Position numbers and translations under genes: made by a program. A DNA stretch of 62,192 bases, the filler included, from Chiloscyllium plagiosum (Eukaryota): the NCBI RefSeq assembly GCF_004010195.1. It is 6 parts of one record of this genome, joined end to end, with 100 filler letters (N's around TTAATTAATTAA, not from the genome) between each part and the next. Parts side by side here need not be neighbours in the genome. Positions count along the whole stretch, not along the records: positions 11,266 to 17,780 come from NC_057717.1; positions 17,881 to 28,395 come from NC_057717.1; 4 more parts are not named here. One strand, written 5' to 3'. How positions within the stretch are numbered: position 1 is the stretch's first letter; each line of letters opens with the position of its first letter. Of this stretch, positions 11,996 to 24,434 are shown one piece after another. The notes beneath the pieces were generated by a model. That model was not told the origin of the DNA, searched no databases, and saw nothing but the letters and a program-made list of their open reading frames with translations.

Positions 11996-12978
11996 AACCT
12001 ATATTGACTGTATACCAAGGAGCCGTCCCCCTCTGCCTGTCTGTGCCCTGTCAGTGGGATAGAACCTAACAGAGAGGGTGGTGATGTTGCCTGGGAGATA
12101 GTCCTGTTCACAGAATCCTGCTTTGCAGACAATATCTGACTGTTACTTGATTAGTACATGGGAAATATATACTGGGTCACTTTCACATTTTCTGTAATGA
12201 AGAGTTAATATCACTTTATTTCTTACATATTTTAAAATAAACGACTCATTGTTTTTTTTAGTTGAAAACAATTGAAGTGTACAATAATTGAACTACAGAG
12301 TGTACACCTAACTAATGCACAATTCAGTGACTGGAGTAAACAGCCGCTTCATTTTCAGATCAGTGAACCGACCATCTTGCAGGCAGCAAAGCTGTTGAAA
12401 ATGACTTTGAGGAAAAGCCTGAATTCAGATAATGTATTACTAGCACTCACCACGACCTCCAAAATACTAACCATCTCCAAAATGTGTCCAGAGAGCTTCC
12501 AAACTGGAACTGGGCAGTTACTCACACAATCCCTCACAATAGACTGGTTAGAGACATACCTGAATATTGGGGGGATGTGTGTGGGGCAGACTGGCCAATG
12601 GATTAGCACATGGCACTGGTCCAGACGCAGTTCAATAACAACAACCTGTAAACAGCTATGTCTTGCAAATATATATCTTCTTGTGTGCCACCTAAACTCT
12701 GTAATTTTGAACCTTGGCCCTGATCCTGAATGAAGGTGTAATATCTCTTTACTGAATGTCTGATATCCTTTCGTAATACCAACTTTTAGATTGTCCAATA
12801 AGCACAAAATCACCCATTCATTCAGTACACTGTTATAACAACAATATGATGAAAACTCACAGTAATTAGCATAGAAATTATGAGTCTCATTGCCACACCC
12901 AAGACCAAATTATTATTCAGTACAAGGACTTTGAAAATAAACAATTATTTTCCCTTGTATTAATACTGTTTACTAATA

Positions 12979-13084
12979 GTCGATTCTCCTGCTCCTCAGA
13001 TGCTGCCTGAACGTCTGAGTTGTTTTTTCAGAACCACATTTTTGACTCTGATCTCCAACATCTGCAGTCCTCACTTTCTCCCTG
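12979..13084 (+). mobile_element. Short Penelope terminus fragment starting at the hammerhead GTC triplet
   Basis: Begins GTCGATTCTCCTGCTCC, ends GCAGTCCTCACTTTCTCC; flanked by CTAATA at 12973-12978 and 13085-13090. Confidence 0.75.
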
Positions 13085-13149
13085 CTAATAATCATAATCA
13101 TTTTCGTGGCAACAATGTTACTGTGTGTTTAAACATGCCCCAGTCAGAT

Positions 13150-13370
13150 ATGAGTACATTTTCAGTTGCTTCTGTCTATCTTAGAGCTCAGTAATGTGGG
13201 ATGAGAATGCCAGTGTCTGTGATGCTCGGTATGTAGGCCATGCCTCTGAGAGACTGACAGATTGTTTCAAGCATCATATCCCTTCAGCTGTTCACAACCA
13301 GCAGGGAACTGCCTGGACCAACCAGCGTGAGTTTAAAAAACCCAAAACCGTGTCCTGCATTGAACAGGTC
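13150..13370 (+). mobile_element. GIY-YIG endonuclease fragment of a second Penelope family
   Basis: SNV...CDARYVGHASERLTDCFKHHIPSAVHNQQG resembles the PLE motif NVVY..C...YVG.T.+RL..R..+H. Confidence 0.65.
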
Positions 13371-13389
13371 GAGACAATAATTTTATGTT

Positions 13390-16320
13390 AATTTATTCAT
13401 GCAATGTGATTGGGACGGCATTTATTGATAGATAGGAACTTGAAACAGTGACACTGAAGGAATGGAAATATACTTCCTAATCAGGATGGTAGATGGCTTG
13501 GAACAGAACGCGAACATGGTGGAGGTCCCGTGTATCTGTTTCCCTTGTCCTTATTGATGTTCGGAGGTTCAGAGGTTCGTTTTAAGGAGCCTTGGTAAAT
13601 TTCTGCAGAGCACCGAGTCGATGGCAGATAATGCTGCTACTGAGCATCAGTGGATGAGGGGTGAAGCTGCACCCACACAGGCAAATTGAAGTATTTAATC
13701 ATACACATTCAACATGTGTCTTAGCAATAGGGGACAGGCTTTCGGAAATTTTGAGGTGAGTTATTACTGCAGAATTTCTAGCCTCTGACATATTCTTGTG
13801 GCCAATGAATTTATATGCGTCAAAAAGCTGGAAAAGCAAAGCAGGTCAGGCAGCATCTGAGGTAGAGGAGGTTCAATGTTTTAGCATAAGCCCTTCACAG
13901 GAATGGGTAATTGAATCATACGGTAGGTCCAGTTCACGTTAACGGTAATTCCCGCGATATTGCTTGGTATGTGTTCAGTTATGGTGGTGGCACTGACCAT
14001 TAGAGGATGTGGTTTAATTTTCCATTGTTAGACGTAATCGTTGTCTGGCACATGTGTCATGGAAATGGTATTGTCACTGTGAAGCACACACTTACATATT
14101 CCAGGTCCTGGTACATTTGGACAAGGACTGCTTCAGTATCTCAGTAAATCACGAATGGTGTTGAACATTGTCCAATCATTGTGAAACATCCCCAGTTGTG
14201 ACTTAACAATGTAGGGATTGTCATTTCTGAAGCAGCTGAAAATTATTGGGCCGAGGGCAGAGAGCACTCTTACAGCTCACTGATGCTGTCCCTCTCTCTG
14301 AGCTCGGAAGCTGGCTTCTAGTTCCACCTCCTCCATGGTATCTAACAACATATCTGAAAACAATAATCTTACAGTAGCTTCCCCAAATAACTGAGTGAGG
14401 ACTTGGCTACCTCAATCAGTTGGACCGCCGGTTTGTAATGCAGATTAATGCTAACAGTGTGGTTCAATTCTTTATTGACTGAGGTGACTGAAAAGGACTG
14501 TCCTATTCAACTTCTCCCTTACTTGAGGCATGATGACTGTCCAGTTAAACTGCCACCAGTCGTCTCTGTCCAAAGAGAGAGCAGCCCCATCATCCTGTTG
14601 GGGTATCGTGCCTTACATTTCCACTTCTGATCTACAGGTTTACTCAGAAACTCCTCCTCTGGGGAACTGCTGCAGAGCTGTCCTGGAGCTGAGATGGATG
14701 CTCTCCTCCAACCCCATCCACCTTCCTTTCAGGGAAAACTTCAACCAGTGCAAACGGTTCCTAGTTGCTCCAGTTTTGCCATTAATCCTTGATAGGACAC
14801 TTGGTCAAATGCAGATATCATGATGTTAAGTGCAGTCACTGTTGCCTCACCTCTAGAATTCAGCTGCATGGTCTTTTGTACATCGTTAAACCATGGCTTC
14901 AATGAGCCCAAGGGATGAGAACCCAAACTGAGCTTCAGTGATCAGGTTGGTTCTGAGCAAGTGCTTCTTCATCGCACTGTGAGTGACATCTTCCATCCCT
15001 TTATTAATGATAGAGATGAGAGCAATGGGGTAGTCATTGATTGTCTGATGGTTTGTCTGTGTGTGTACAGGACACACCCGGATAGTTTCCCACATTGACA
15101 GGTCGATGACAGTGCTATATCCCAGCAGGAACAGCTTGAATGGAATGTTATCAGGGCCCACAGCCTTTGTATTCCCCATTCCTCCAGCCGTTTGGAATTA
15201 CCACACACAGTGAATCGAATTAGCTGAAGACTGCCATCTGGAAGAGACTAACATAGATCCTCCTATTGATACTTCTGTCTGAACTTTGTTGCGGTCGTTT
15301 CAGACTGAGCTTTTCTATTGTTGTATTGGGCCATTCCATCATTGAGGAAGATGTTATGTGGGGATCCTCCTCATCCAGAGTTGTTTGATTGACACCACCA
15401 TTCGATCTGACTGCATATAACAGGATTGTAGCGATTAGATCGAATTGTTAGTTAGATCAGTCTGTTACTGGCTGTTTATGCTATTTGGTGTGTAAGTGGT
15501 TTGTTCAGTAATGTCACCTCATTTTGAGGTGTACCTGGTGCTGCTTCTGGCCAGCCTTCCTGTATTCTCCATTGAACAAGAGTTTATTCCCTGGCCTGAT
15601 GGTCAGGATAAAGTGGAACATATGCCAGGCAGTGACAGTGAAAATTGTGCGAAACTACAATTCTGCTGCTGATGACTCGAATCACCTCACACAGGCCAGT
15701 GCTGAGTTCTAGATCTCTTTGAAATCTGTCCCGTTAAGCTCGGGTCATGTGTATCTCACATGTGCGCTGATACGTGTACACACACACGCACACACGCGCG
15801 TGCACACACATATGCTCAGGCACACAAAATAAAAGTGAGACTTTGTCTCCAGATATACTGTGTGCGGTATACACTGTTCCCAATGTGCTCATCGATTAAT
15901 GTCTCTGCAGCCGATAGGTTGGTGAGTCTGAGGTCAAGTATGTTTCTCCCTGTCAATCGTTTTCTCTCCACCCGGTGCCGAACCAGTCTCGCAGCTATGT
16001 TCGTTTGGACCCGACCATCTCGATCAGCTGCTGCTGTGCCCCTCTGAGTGGTGGTTTTGAAATGGCCCACCCAGTATACATTCTCCAGCTCATTCACTCT
16101 GTCAGTGACTCCTCCAAGTGTTGTTCAATGTAGAGGGACACTGATTCATCAGCTGAGGGAAGGGATTCAGCAGGAGGTTTCCGTGTCAGAGTTTGATCTG
16201 ACACCGTGAGGTTTCGTTCTGTCACATAGTTGCTTGAGGAGTCTGTAGGACGTCTCTCCGACATCTATCCCTCGTCCCAAGACGTTAGGAAGGAGGGATT
16301 TCCAGTGTCTGCAGGGCTTT
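13390..16320 (-). mobile_element. Old non-LTR LINE of the CR1/L2 group, distinct from the dominant CR1; APE + RT remnants
   Basis: APE motifs ENVYWVGHF...NILDLRLTNL...HIGNSVYRT; RT-upstream KAVGPDNIP...RVCPVH...DYPIALISII...AQFGF; LNSRGEATVTALNI..SAFDQV. Carries a Penelope terminus insertion at ~13820-13900. Confidence 0.75.
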
Positions 16321-16787
16321 TAATTTTTTTGTCACTATCAATCAAAGGGCCTCTTCTGTGCTGTATGACACTCACACTATGACGCTTGTGATTGGACAGC
16401 CCAACGTCTCACTCCTTCAGTTCCTCCAAGTGCCTTGTCTATTCCACTGATTTCTGCAATATTTCCTCTTTTAAGACATTGCACAATTCTGTTTTTAAAC
16501 TATCTATGTTACAACATCTCCAGCCTTGCTTTTATATCTCTGTAACATTTCCAGCCATATTTTCCTATCTCTGTAACATCTCCAGCCTTGCCTTCCTCTC
16601 TATCTGTAACATCTCCAGCCTTGCATTCCTATCTGTGTAACGTCTCCAGCCAGTCTTTCTTATAACTGTGATATCACCAGCCATACTTTCCTTTCTCTGT
16701 AACATCTGCAGCCTTGCTTTCCTTCACACCTCAGTGAAATGGTTTTTACACACCTCAGTGAATTGGTTATATATCTGCTCCTGTATT
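13690..16787. repeat. Left arm of a large inverted duplication (partner 25017-28395)
   Basis: Collinear reverse-complement match with scattered substitutions, e.g. 13693 TTTAATCATACACATTCAACATG vs 28366-28388, and 16771 ATATCTGCTCCTGTATT vs 25017-25033. Confidence 0.9.
16505..16725. repeat. ~30-bp minisatellite (TCTCTGTAACATCTCCAGCCTTGCTTTCCTA-like)
   Basis: About 7 degenerate units; mirrored at ~25080-25330. Confidence 0.8.
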
Positions 16788-17465
16788 GAACATAGAACAT
16801 AGAACATTACAGCACAGTACAGACCCTTCGGCCCTCGATGTTGTGCCAACCTGTGAAACCAATCTCAAGCCCATCCAACCACCATGACTCCGTTATCATC
16901 CATATGTTTATCCAATGACCATTTAAATGCTGTCAAAGTTGGCAAGTCTACTACTGTTGCAGATAGGGCATTTCATGCCCTCAGTACTGTCTGAGTAAGG
17001 AAAGTACCTCTGATATCTGTCCTCTATCTATCACCCCTCAATTTAAAGCACTGTCCCCTCATCCTAGCCATCTCCATCTGAGAAAAAGGGCTCTCACTGT
17101 CCACCCTATCTTATCCTCTGATCATCTTGTATATTTCTATGAAGTCACCTCTCAACCTTCTTCTCTCTAACAAAACAGCCTCAAGTCCCTAAGCCTTTCC
17201 TCATAAGTCCTTCCCTCCACACCAGGCAACATCCTGGGAAATCTCCTCTGCACCCTTTCCAATGCTTCCACATCCTTTCTATAATATGGCGACCAGAACT
17301 GTCCCACATTTCAAGTGTGGCCGCACCAGTGTTTTGTACAGCTGCAACATGACCTCATGGCTCCAAAGCTCAATACCTCTACTAATAGAAGCTAACACAC
17401 TGTACAACTTCTTAACAACCCTATCAGCCTGGGTCGCACCTTTCTGGGATCTATGTGTATAGACA
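16788..17465 (-). mobile_element. CR1 LINE 3' end
   Basis: Tail GAACATAGAACATAGAACAT (rc of (TTCTATG)n); minus frame QADRVVKK...[13 protein letters not shown]. Confidence 0.88.
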
Positions 17466-17469
17466 TGGT

Positions 17470-17780
17470 AATACGGTCGCACAATGGTTAGCACTGCTGC
17501 CTCACAGCGCCAGAGACCCGGGTTCAATTCCTGCATCAGGCGACTGACTGTGTGGAGTTTGCACATTCTCCCTGTGTCAGTGTGGGTTTGCTCCGGTTTC
17601 CTCCCACAGTCCAAAAATGTGCAGGTTAGGTGAATTGGCCACGCTAAATTGCCTGAAGAAGGGCTTATGCCCGAAACGTCGATTCTCCTGCTCCTTTGAT
17701 GCTGCCTGACCTGCTGCGCTTTTTCAGCTCTGATCTCCAGCATCGGCAGTCCTCACTTTCTCCATGCTAAATTTCCCGTA
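17470..17780 (+). mobile_element. HE1-type SINE interrupted by a hammerhead-bearing Penelope fragment
   Basis: TGGTTAGCACTGCTGCCTCACAGCGCCAGAGACCCGGGTTCAATTCC (A/B boxes); SINE segment CCA(C/T)GCTAAATT(G/T)CC duplicated around the insertion. Confidence 0.88.
17653..17761 (+). ncRNA. Penelope terminus fragment beginning with an intact minimal hammerhead core
   Basis: CTGAAGA-A-GGGC-TTAT-GCCC-GAAAC-GTC at 17653-17680, followed by the standard terminus to CTCACTTTCTCC. Confidence 0.72.
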
Positions 17781-17880
17781 NNNNNNNNNNNNNNNNNNNN
17801 NNNNNNNNNNNNNNNNNNNNNNNNTTAATTAATTAANNNNNNNNNNNNNNNNNNNNNNNNNNNNNNNNNNNNNNNNNNNN

Positions 17881-19100
17881 CTCAGCCCATTCTACCTCAG
17901 TACACAAGTCCTCATCAAATGTCCTTTCTGCCACAATAATACTGTCATTGACTAACATAGCCACACCTCCCCCTCTTTTACCACCTTCCCTGTTCTTATT
18001 GAAACATCTAAACCCTGGAACCTGCAAAAACAATTCCTGTCCCTGCTCCATCCATGTCTCTGAAATTGCCAAAACATCGAAGTCCCAGATACCAACCCAT
18101 ACTGCAAGGTCACCCACCTTATTCCGGATGCTCCTGACGTTGAAGTGGACACACTTGAAACGACCTTCCTGCCTGCCGATGCATTCCTGCCACCTTGAAA
18201 CCTTATTTCTGATCTCACTATTCTCGCCCTCCTGGACACTGGAGCTACAATTCAGGTTCCCATCCCCTGCTGAATTAGGTTAGTCCCTCCCGAAGAGCAT
18301 TAGCAATCCTCCTCCCCAGGACAGTGTACCCCTGTGGTTTATGTGTAGACCATCCTGTTTGTACAGGACCCACCTACCCCAGAATAAGCCCCAATTATCC
18401 AGGTATCTAAATCCCTCCCTCCTGCACCATCCCTGTCGCCACGTGTTCAACTCTTCTCTATCCTTTGCTAGCATGTGGCATGGGTAACAAACTGGAGATG
18501 ACATCTGTTCTAGGCACTAAGCTTCAACGTAACTCCCTGAATTTCAGCCTGAAATCCCCATCCCTTTTCCTACCTATGTCGTTGGTGCCTATGCGGACCA
18601 TCACTTGTGGCTGCTCCCCCTCCCCCTCAAGGATCCCGAAAACACGATCCGATACATCACGGAGCCTGGCACATAGGAGGCAACGAAATCAAACGTGATT
18701 CTCTCTCGTTTCCACAGAACCTCCTATGTGTTCCCTCAAACTGTTGAGTTCCCAATGACTAATTCTCTGCTTCTCTTTCCCCTTCCTTTCTGAGCAACAG
18801 GGACAGACTCTGTGCCAGGGACCTGTACCCCATGGCTTACCCCTGGTAAGACATCCCTCCCAACAGTATCTAAATCAGTATGTTGTTAATGAGGGGAATG
18901 GCTACAGGGGGTCCCTACACTGTCTGCCGGTTCCCTTTCTATCTCCTGACTGTAATCCATCTACCTTTCCCCTGTACCTGAGGTGTAACTACCTCCCTGT
19001 AACTCCTCTCAATTATTCCCTCAGCCTCCCGAATGATCCGAAGTTCATCCAGCTCTGTGCCTAGTTCCCTAACGCCGTTTCTGATGAGCTGAAGTTGCCA
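17881..19100 (-). mobile_element. CR1 LINE 5' portion (ORF1 and APE start)
   Basis: Minus frames YLDNWGLFWGRW.LYKQDGLH and WDFDVLAISETW...GKRGGGVA. Confidence 0.9.
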
Positions 19101-19859
19101 GGATCTTGCTGCAGAGCCACATGGAGTGCTTCAGTATCTAACGAAGGAAGAATGCTGCTGAACATTGTGTGAGTATTAGTGAACCCTCGGACCCATGACA
19201 TTCTGCCTGAGGGAAGGTCAGTTATACAGTCACTAAAGATAGTTAGGGCTAGGACACAATCTTGAAGACCTCCTGCTGTGAGGGCCTGGAGCTTAGATGG
19301 CTGACCTCCACCAACCGCATCAATTGCTGTGGGTCTGGAGTCACATGTATCCCAGACAAGACAAGGACAGCCCTAATCCCTAAAGGGCATTTGAGAACCA
19401 GATGGGTTTTAGCAACAATTGACAAGGGTTTCATAGTCAATAATAGAGTCATAATTCCATGTGTTTCAATTGAAGTTCTTCCATCTGTCATTGATAGGAT
19501 TTGACCCGGGTCCATGATAAGAGTTACGAAGTATCTGAATATGAGCCAGTTCGAAGGCTGGCCTCCTGTCTCAATTATGAAATAAAAGTTTAACTTTTAT
19601 TATTTATCATTGAGTGTCATATTAATTTGTCTGTATTTGGTCCCTTGAAAATGGGAACACAGACAGACTGAGTGAGGGCTGTCAACTCCATGAACTTGAA
19701 TCCTATCTGAACGATTGTGAGATCACCCAATCTGATCCTGATTGAGATAGGTTCGTGACTTCGCTTAATATATTGTTTAAAGGAAATATAGATGAGCAGA
19801 GTAAATTGTTTTCCCACGCAAAGGAAAGTATCACGTAGAAAGGCGGAAACATTATTTAC

Positions 19860-19951
19860 ATGTGTGTGATGTATATCGTGTCTGTGTGTGAGAGCGTGTG
19901 TGTGTGAGAGAGAGAGAGAGGGAGAGAGAGAGGGAGAGTCAGAGAGAGAGA
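19860..19951. repeat. (TG)n/(AG)n microsatellite
   Basis: Direct inspection. Confidence 0.9.
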
Positions 19952-20135
19952 TCTAGAATCATAGAGATGCACAATACAGAAACAGTCCCTTTGGTCTAAC
20001 TCATTCAGGTATCCTCAATTACTCCCATCCCATTTGCCAGCACGAAACCCTTATTGTTTGTATATCCGTCTGGATGCCTTTTAAATGTTGCAATTGTACC
20101 AGCCTCCAACACTTCCTCTGTTAGCTCATTCCACT

Positions 20136-22674
20136 CTCTCAGCGGATCAGGTAAGGGCTGTTTGGCAGTGGCTGCTTGAAGGCTCGGTGACTTTTGATTA
20201 ACGGTTTAAATTTGAAAGTTTTTTTTTAACAAGCGCGGAGCGGACCCGGAAGCTGGTGTAGCGCAAGCTGACCTGATTAGGTTGTTTTCCCTATAAAAGC
20301 GCGCAGAAGCAGCCAGTGCAGGGATCCCCTGCGGCCGTTCCCCTCAAGAACAAGTATACCGTTTTGGATACTTGTGGGGGGGGGGGGGACTTACCAGGGG
20401 TAAGCAATGGGGCTCAGGGCTCTGGCAAGGAGCCTGTCCCCGTTGCTCAGAAGGGAAGGGTGGAAAAGAGCAGAGCAATAGTTATTGGGGACTTGATAGT
20501 TCGGGGCACAGATAGGCTGTTTTGTGGGGGCGAGAGAGACTCACGTTTGGTATGTTGCCTCCCAGGTGCAAGTGTACGTGACGTCTCTGATCTTTTTTTC
20601 CGGGTCCTTAAGGGGGAGGGGGAGCAGCCCGAAGTCGTGGTCCACATTGGCACCAACGACATACGGAGGAAGAGGGCTGAGGATGTTGTGCAGGCTTTCA
20701 GGGAGCTAGGTTGGAAGCTCAGAGTTAGAACAAACAGAGTTGTTGTCTCTGGTTTGTTACCCGTGCCACGTGATAGAGAGTCGACGAATAGGGAGAGAGA
20801 AAAGTTAAATGCATGGCTTCAGGGATGGTGCAGGAGGGAGGGATTGCGGTATCTGGATAACTGGGGTTCTTTCTGGGGAAGGTGGGACCTCTATAAACAG
20901 GATGGTCTACACCTGAACCTGAGGGGCACCAGTATCCTTGGGGGGAGGTTTGCTAGTGCTCTTCGGAGGGGTTAAACTAACTCTGCAGGGGCATGGGAAC
21001 CTAGACTGTAACTTTAGGGTGCAGGACCTGGAGTTTAGGGAGGTTAGGGTGGGGGTAAAAGAGGGGGAGGTGTGGCATTGCTTGTCAAAGATAGTATTAC
21101 AGTGTTGGAAAGGACGATGGATGAGGACTTGCCATCTGAGGTAGTTTGGGCTGAGGTTAGGAATAGGAAAGGTGAGGTCATCCTGTCAGGAGTTTTCTAC
21201 AGGCCTCCTAATAGTCCTAGAGACGTAGAAGAAAGGATTGCGAGGATGATTCAGGAGAAGAGTGAAAGTGTTTGTTATGGGGGACTTTAACTTTCCAGAT
21301 ATTGACTGGGAAAGCTATAGCTCGAGTTTGTTAGATAGGTCAGTGTTTGTCCAATGTGTGCAGGAGGGTTTCCTGACACAATATGTAGATAGGCCAACAA
21401 GAGGTGAGGCCATACTGGATTTGGTTCTGGGTAACGAACCAGGCCAGGTGTTAGAATTGGAGGTTGGTGAGCACTTTGGCGACAGTGACCACAATTCGGT
21501 GACTTTTACTCTAGTGATGGAGCGGGATAAGTGTGCACTGTAGGGCAAGAGTTATAGCTGGGTGCAGGGAAATTATGATGCGTTGAGGCATGACTTAGTT
21601 TGCGTGGCTTGGAAAAGTAGGCTTCAAGGCAAGGGCGTAATTGATATATGGAGCTTGTTCAAGGAGCAACTATTGAGTGTCCTTGATAAGTATGTACCTG
21701 TCAGGCAGGGAGGAAAGGGTCGTGTGAGGGAGCCGTGGTTTAATAAGGAATTGGAATCCCTTGTTAAATTGAAGAGAACGGCCTATGGAAAGATGAGGCG
21801 TGAAGGTTCAATTGGGGCGATTAAGTGTTATAAGGTAGCCGGGAAGCATCTGAAGTGAGAGCTAAGAGCAGCAAGGAGGGGACATGAAAAGTCCTTAGCT
21901 GGTAGGATTATGGAAAACCCAAAGGCTTTCTATAGATATGTCAGGAATAAAAGAATGACTAGGGTAGGAATGGGTCCAGTCAAGGATAGTAGTGGGAAGT
22001 TGTGCGTGGAGGCTGAAGAGATTGGGGAGATACTGAATGAATACTTTTCGTCAGTATTCACTCTGGAACAGGACATTGTTGCCGATGTGAATACTGAGTC
22101 ACAATTAATTAGAATGGATGGCTTTGAGGCATGTAGGGAAGAGGTGTTGAAAATTCTGGAAAGGCTGAAATTAGATAAGTCCCCTGGGCCTGATGGCATT
22201 TATCCTAGGATTCTCTGGGAAGCAAGGGAGGAGATTGCAGAGACATTGGCCTTGATTTCTATGTCCTCGTTGTCTACAGGAGTAGTGCCAGAAGACTGGA
22301 GGCTAGCAAATGTGGTTCCCTTGTTCAAGAAGGGGAGTAGGGATAACCCTAGTAACAATAGGCCGGTGAGCCTCACTTCTGTTGTGGGCAAAGTCTTATA
22401 GAGAATTGTAAGGGACAGGATTTATGAACATCTGGATAGGAATAATGTGATCAAGGATAGTCAGCATGGTTTTGTGAAGGGCAGGTCGTGCCTCACAAAC
22501 CTTATTGAATTCTTCGAGAAGGTGACTAAGGAGGTGGACGAGGGTAAAGCGGTACATGTGATGTATATGGATTTTAGTAAGATGTTTGATAAGGTTCCTC
22601 ATGGTAGGCTACTGCAAAAAAAATACGGAGGTATGGCATTGAGGGTAAGTTGGAGGTTTGGATTAAGAATTGGC
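20136..22674 (+). mobile_element. Relatively young CR1 LINE with 5' UTR, partial ORF1 (SGNH esterase) and ORF2; two internal deletions; runs into a gap
   Basis: The 219-aa ORF at 20316-20975 has IVIGD(S/L)IVR, CLPGA, HIGTND and DGLHLN blocks. ORF2 motifs: GDFNFPDIDW, GDSDHN, KSPGPDG, SQHGF. The CpG-rich 5' end has CCGGAAG (20246) and TATAAAA (20292). Confidence 0.93.
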
Positions 22675-23174
22675 NNNNNNNNNNNNNNNNNNNNNNNNNN
22701 NNNNNNNNNNNNNNNNNNNNNNNNNNNNNNNNNNNNNNNNNNNNNNNNNNNNNNNNNNNNNNNNNNNNNNNNNNNNNNNNNNNNNNNNNNNNNNNNNNNN
22801 NNNNNNNNNNNNNNNNNNNNNNNNNNNNNNNNNNNNNNNNNNNNNNNNNNNNNNNNNNNNNNNNNNNNNNNNNNNNNNNNNNNNNNNNNNNNNNNNNNNN
22901 NNNNNNNNNNNNNNNNNNNNNNNNNNNNNNNNNNNNNNNNNNNNNNNNNNNNNNNNNNNNNNNNNNNNNNNNNNNNNNNNNNNNNNNNNNNNNNNNNNNN
23001 NNNNNNNNNNNNNNNNNNNNNNNNNNNNNNNNNNNNNNNNNNNNNNNNNNNNNNNNNNNNNNNNNNNNNNNNNNNNNNNNNNNNNNNNNNNNNNNNNNNN
23101 NNNNNNNNNNNNNNNNNNNNNNNNNNNNNNNNNNNNNNNNNNNNNNNNNNNNNNNNNNNNNNNNNNNNNNNNNN

Positions 23175-24180
23175 TAACCTCGGTATATTTAAATTCAATC
23201 CCCCTGCGAATGAAAGCCAAAATACCATACATCTTCTTAACAATCCTGTCAGCTTGGGTGGTAACTTTGCGGGATCTATGGACATGGACCCCTATTTCCC
23301 TCTTTTCCTCCCCTTTGCCAAGAGTTCTGCCTTTAACCCTATATTCTGGATGCAAATGCAAAATTCCAAAATAAATCACTTCACATTTTTTAAGGTTGAA
23401 CTCTATCTGCCACTTATCAGTCCAGCTCTGCATCCTGTCAATGTCCTGTTGCAACCTATAACAGCCGTCCACACTATCCACAATTCCATCAACCTTCATG
23501 TCATTGGCAAGCTTACTAACCCACCATTCCACTTCCTTATCAAAGTCATTGATAACAATCACATTGAGCACAGGTCCCAGAGCCAATCCCCGGTGAACAC
23601 CGCTGGTCACTGAGCTCCAGGCTGAATACTTTCCATCTGCTAACATCTTCTGCCTTCTATGGGCTAGCCAAGTCCATATCCAGACAGACACATTTCCCTG
23701 CATCCCATGCTTCCTTATTTTATGAATGATCCTACAATGGGGAACCTTATCAAACACCTTTCTAGAATTCGTGTTCACCACATCTACTTGTGCACCTTCA
23801 TCAACATGTTTTTTCACACCTTCAAAGAATTCAATAAGGTTTCTGAGGGATGACCTGCCCCTCACAAATCCATGCTGACCATCTCTAATCAAACTATCGT
23901 TTTCTAAATAATTTCAAATCCTATCTCTCAGAATCGTCTCCAATACTTTGCCTAACACTGATGTAAAACGTACTGTTCTATCATTCCCAGGGTTATCCCT
24001 ATTCCCTTCCCTGAACAAATGAATAATATTTGCCACCCTCCAATCATCTGGTACTACTGTAGTGGACAGTGAAGACACAATGATCATTACCAAAGGCACA
24101 TCAATCTCTTTCAATACTTTCTGGAGTAACCTCGTGTATACCCCATTTAGCCCAGGGGGTTTATCTATCCTTATGTTTGT
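23175..24180 (-). mobile_element. CR1 LINE RT region
   Basis: GQHGFVRGRS.L.NLIEFF, FDKVPH, SKLANDMK, WQIEFN. Confidence 0.9.
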
Positions 24181-24303
24181 ACTTCAATCAGACTGTTCTT
24201 CCCCTCAACTTGTCCAACCCTGTCCAACCAATTGATTGATTGCTTTCATCTTCAGTGCTAGATGCAGTGCTGCCTTCACAGAATCCAAAAAATGCACCAA
24301 TGC

Positions 24304-24434
24304 CTTCCTGATAAAGAGCACATGCCAGAACTATTGACTCTCCTGCTCGTCGGATGCTGCCTGACCTGCTGTGCTTTTCCAGTACCACACTTTTCGACTC
24401 TGATCTCCATCAACTGCAGTACTCACTTTCTCCA
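24304..24434 (+). mobile_element. Penelope terminus fragment with degenerate hammerhead
   Basis: TTCCTGATAAAGAGCACATGCCAGAACTATTGACTCTCCTGCTC...CTCACTTTCTCC. Confidence 0.7.

Noticed and set aside
20316..20975. SGNH hydrolase ORF as a cellular enzyme gene
   Set aside because: Standard ORF1 esterase domain of CR1 LINEs, directly followed by ORF2
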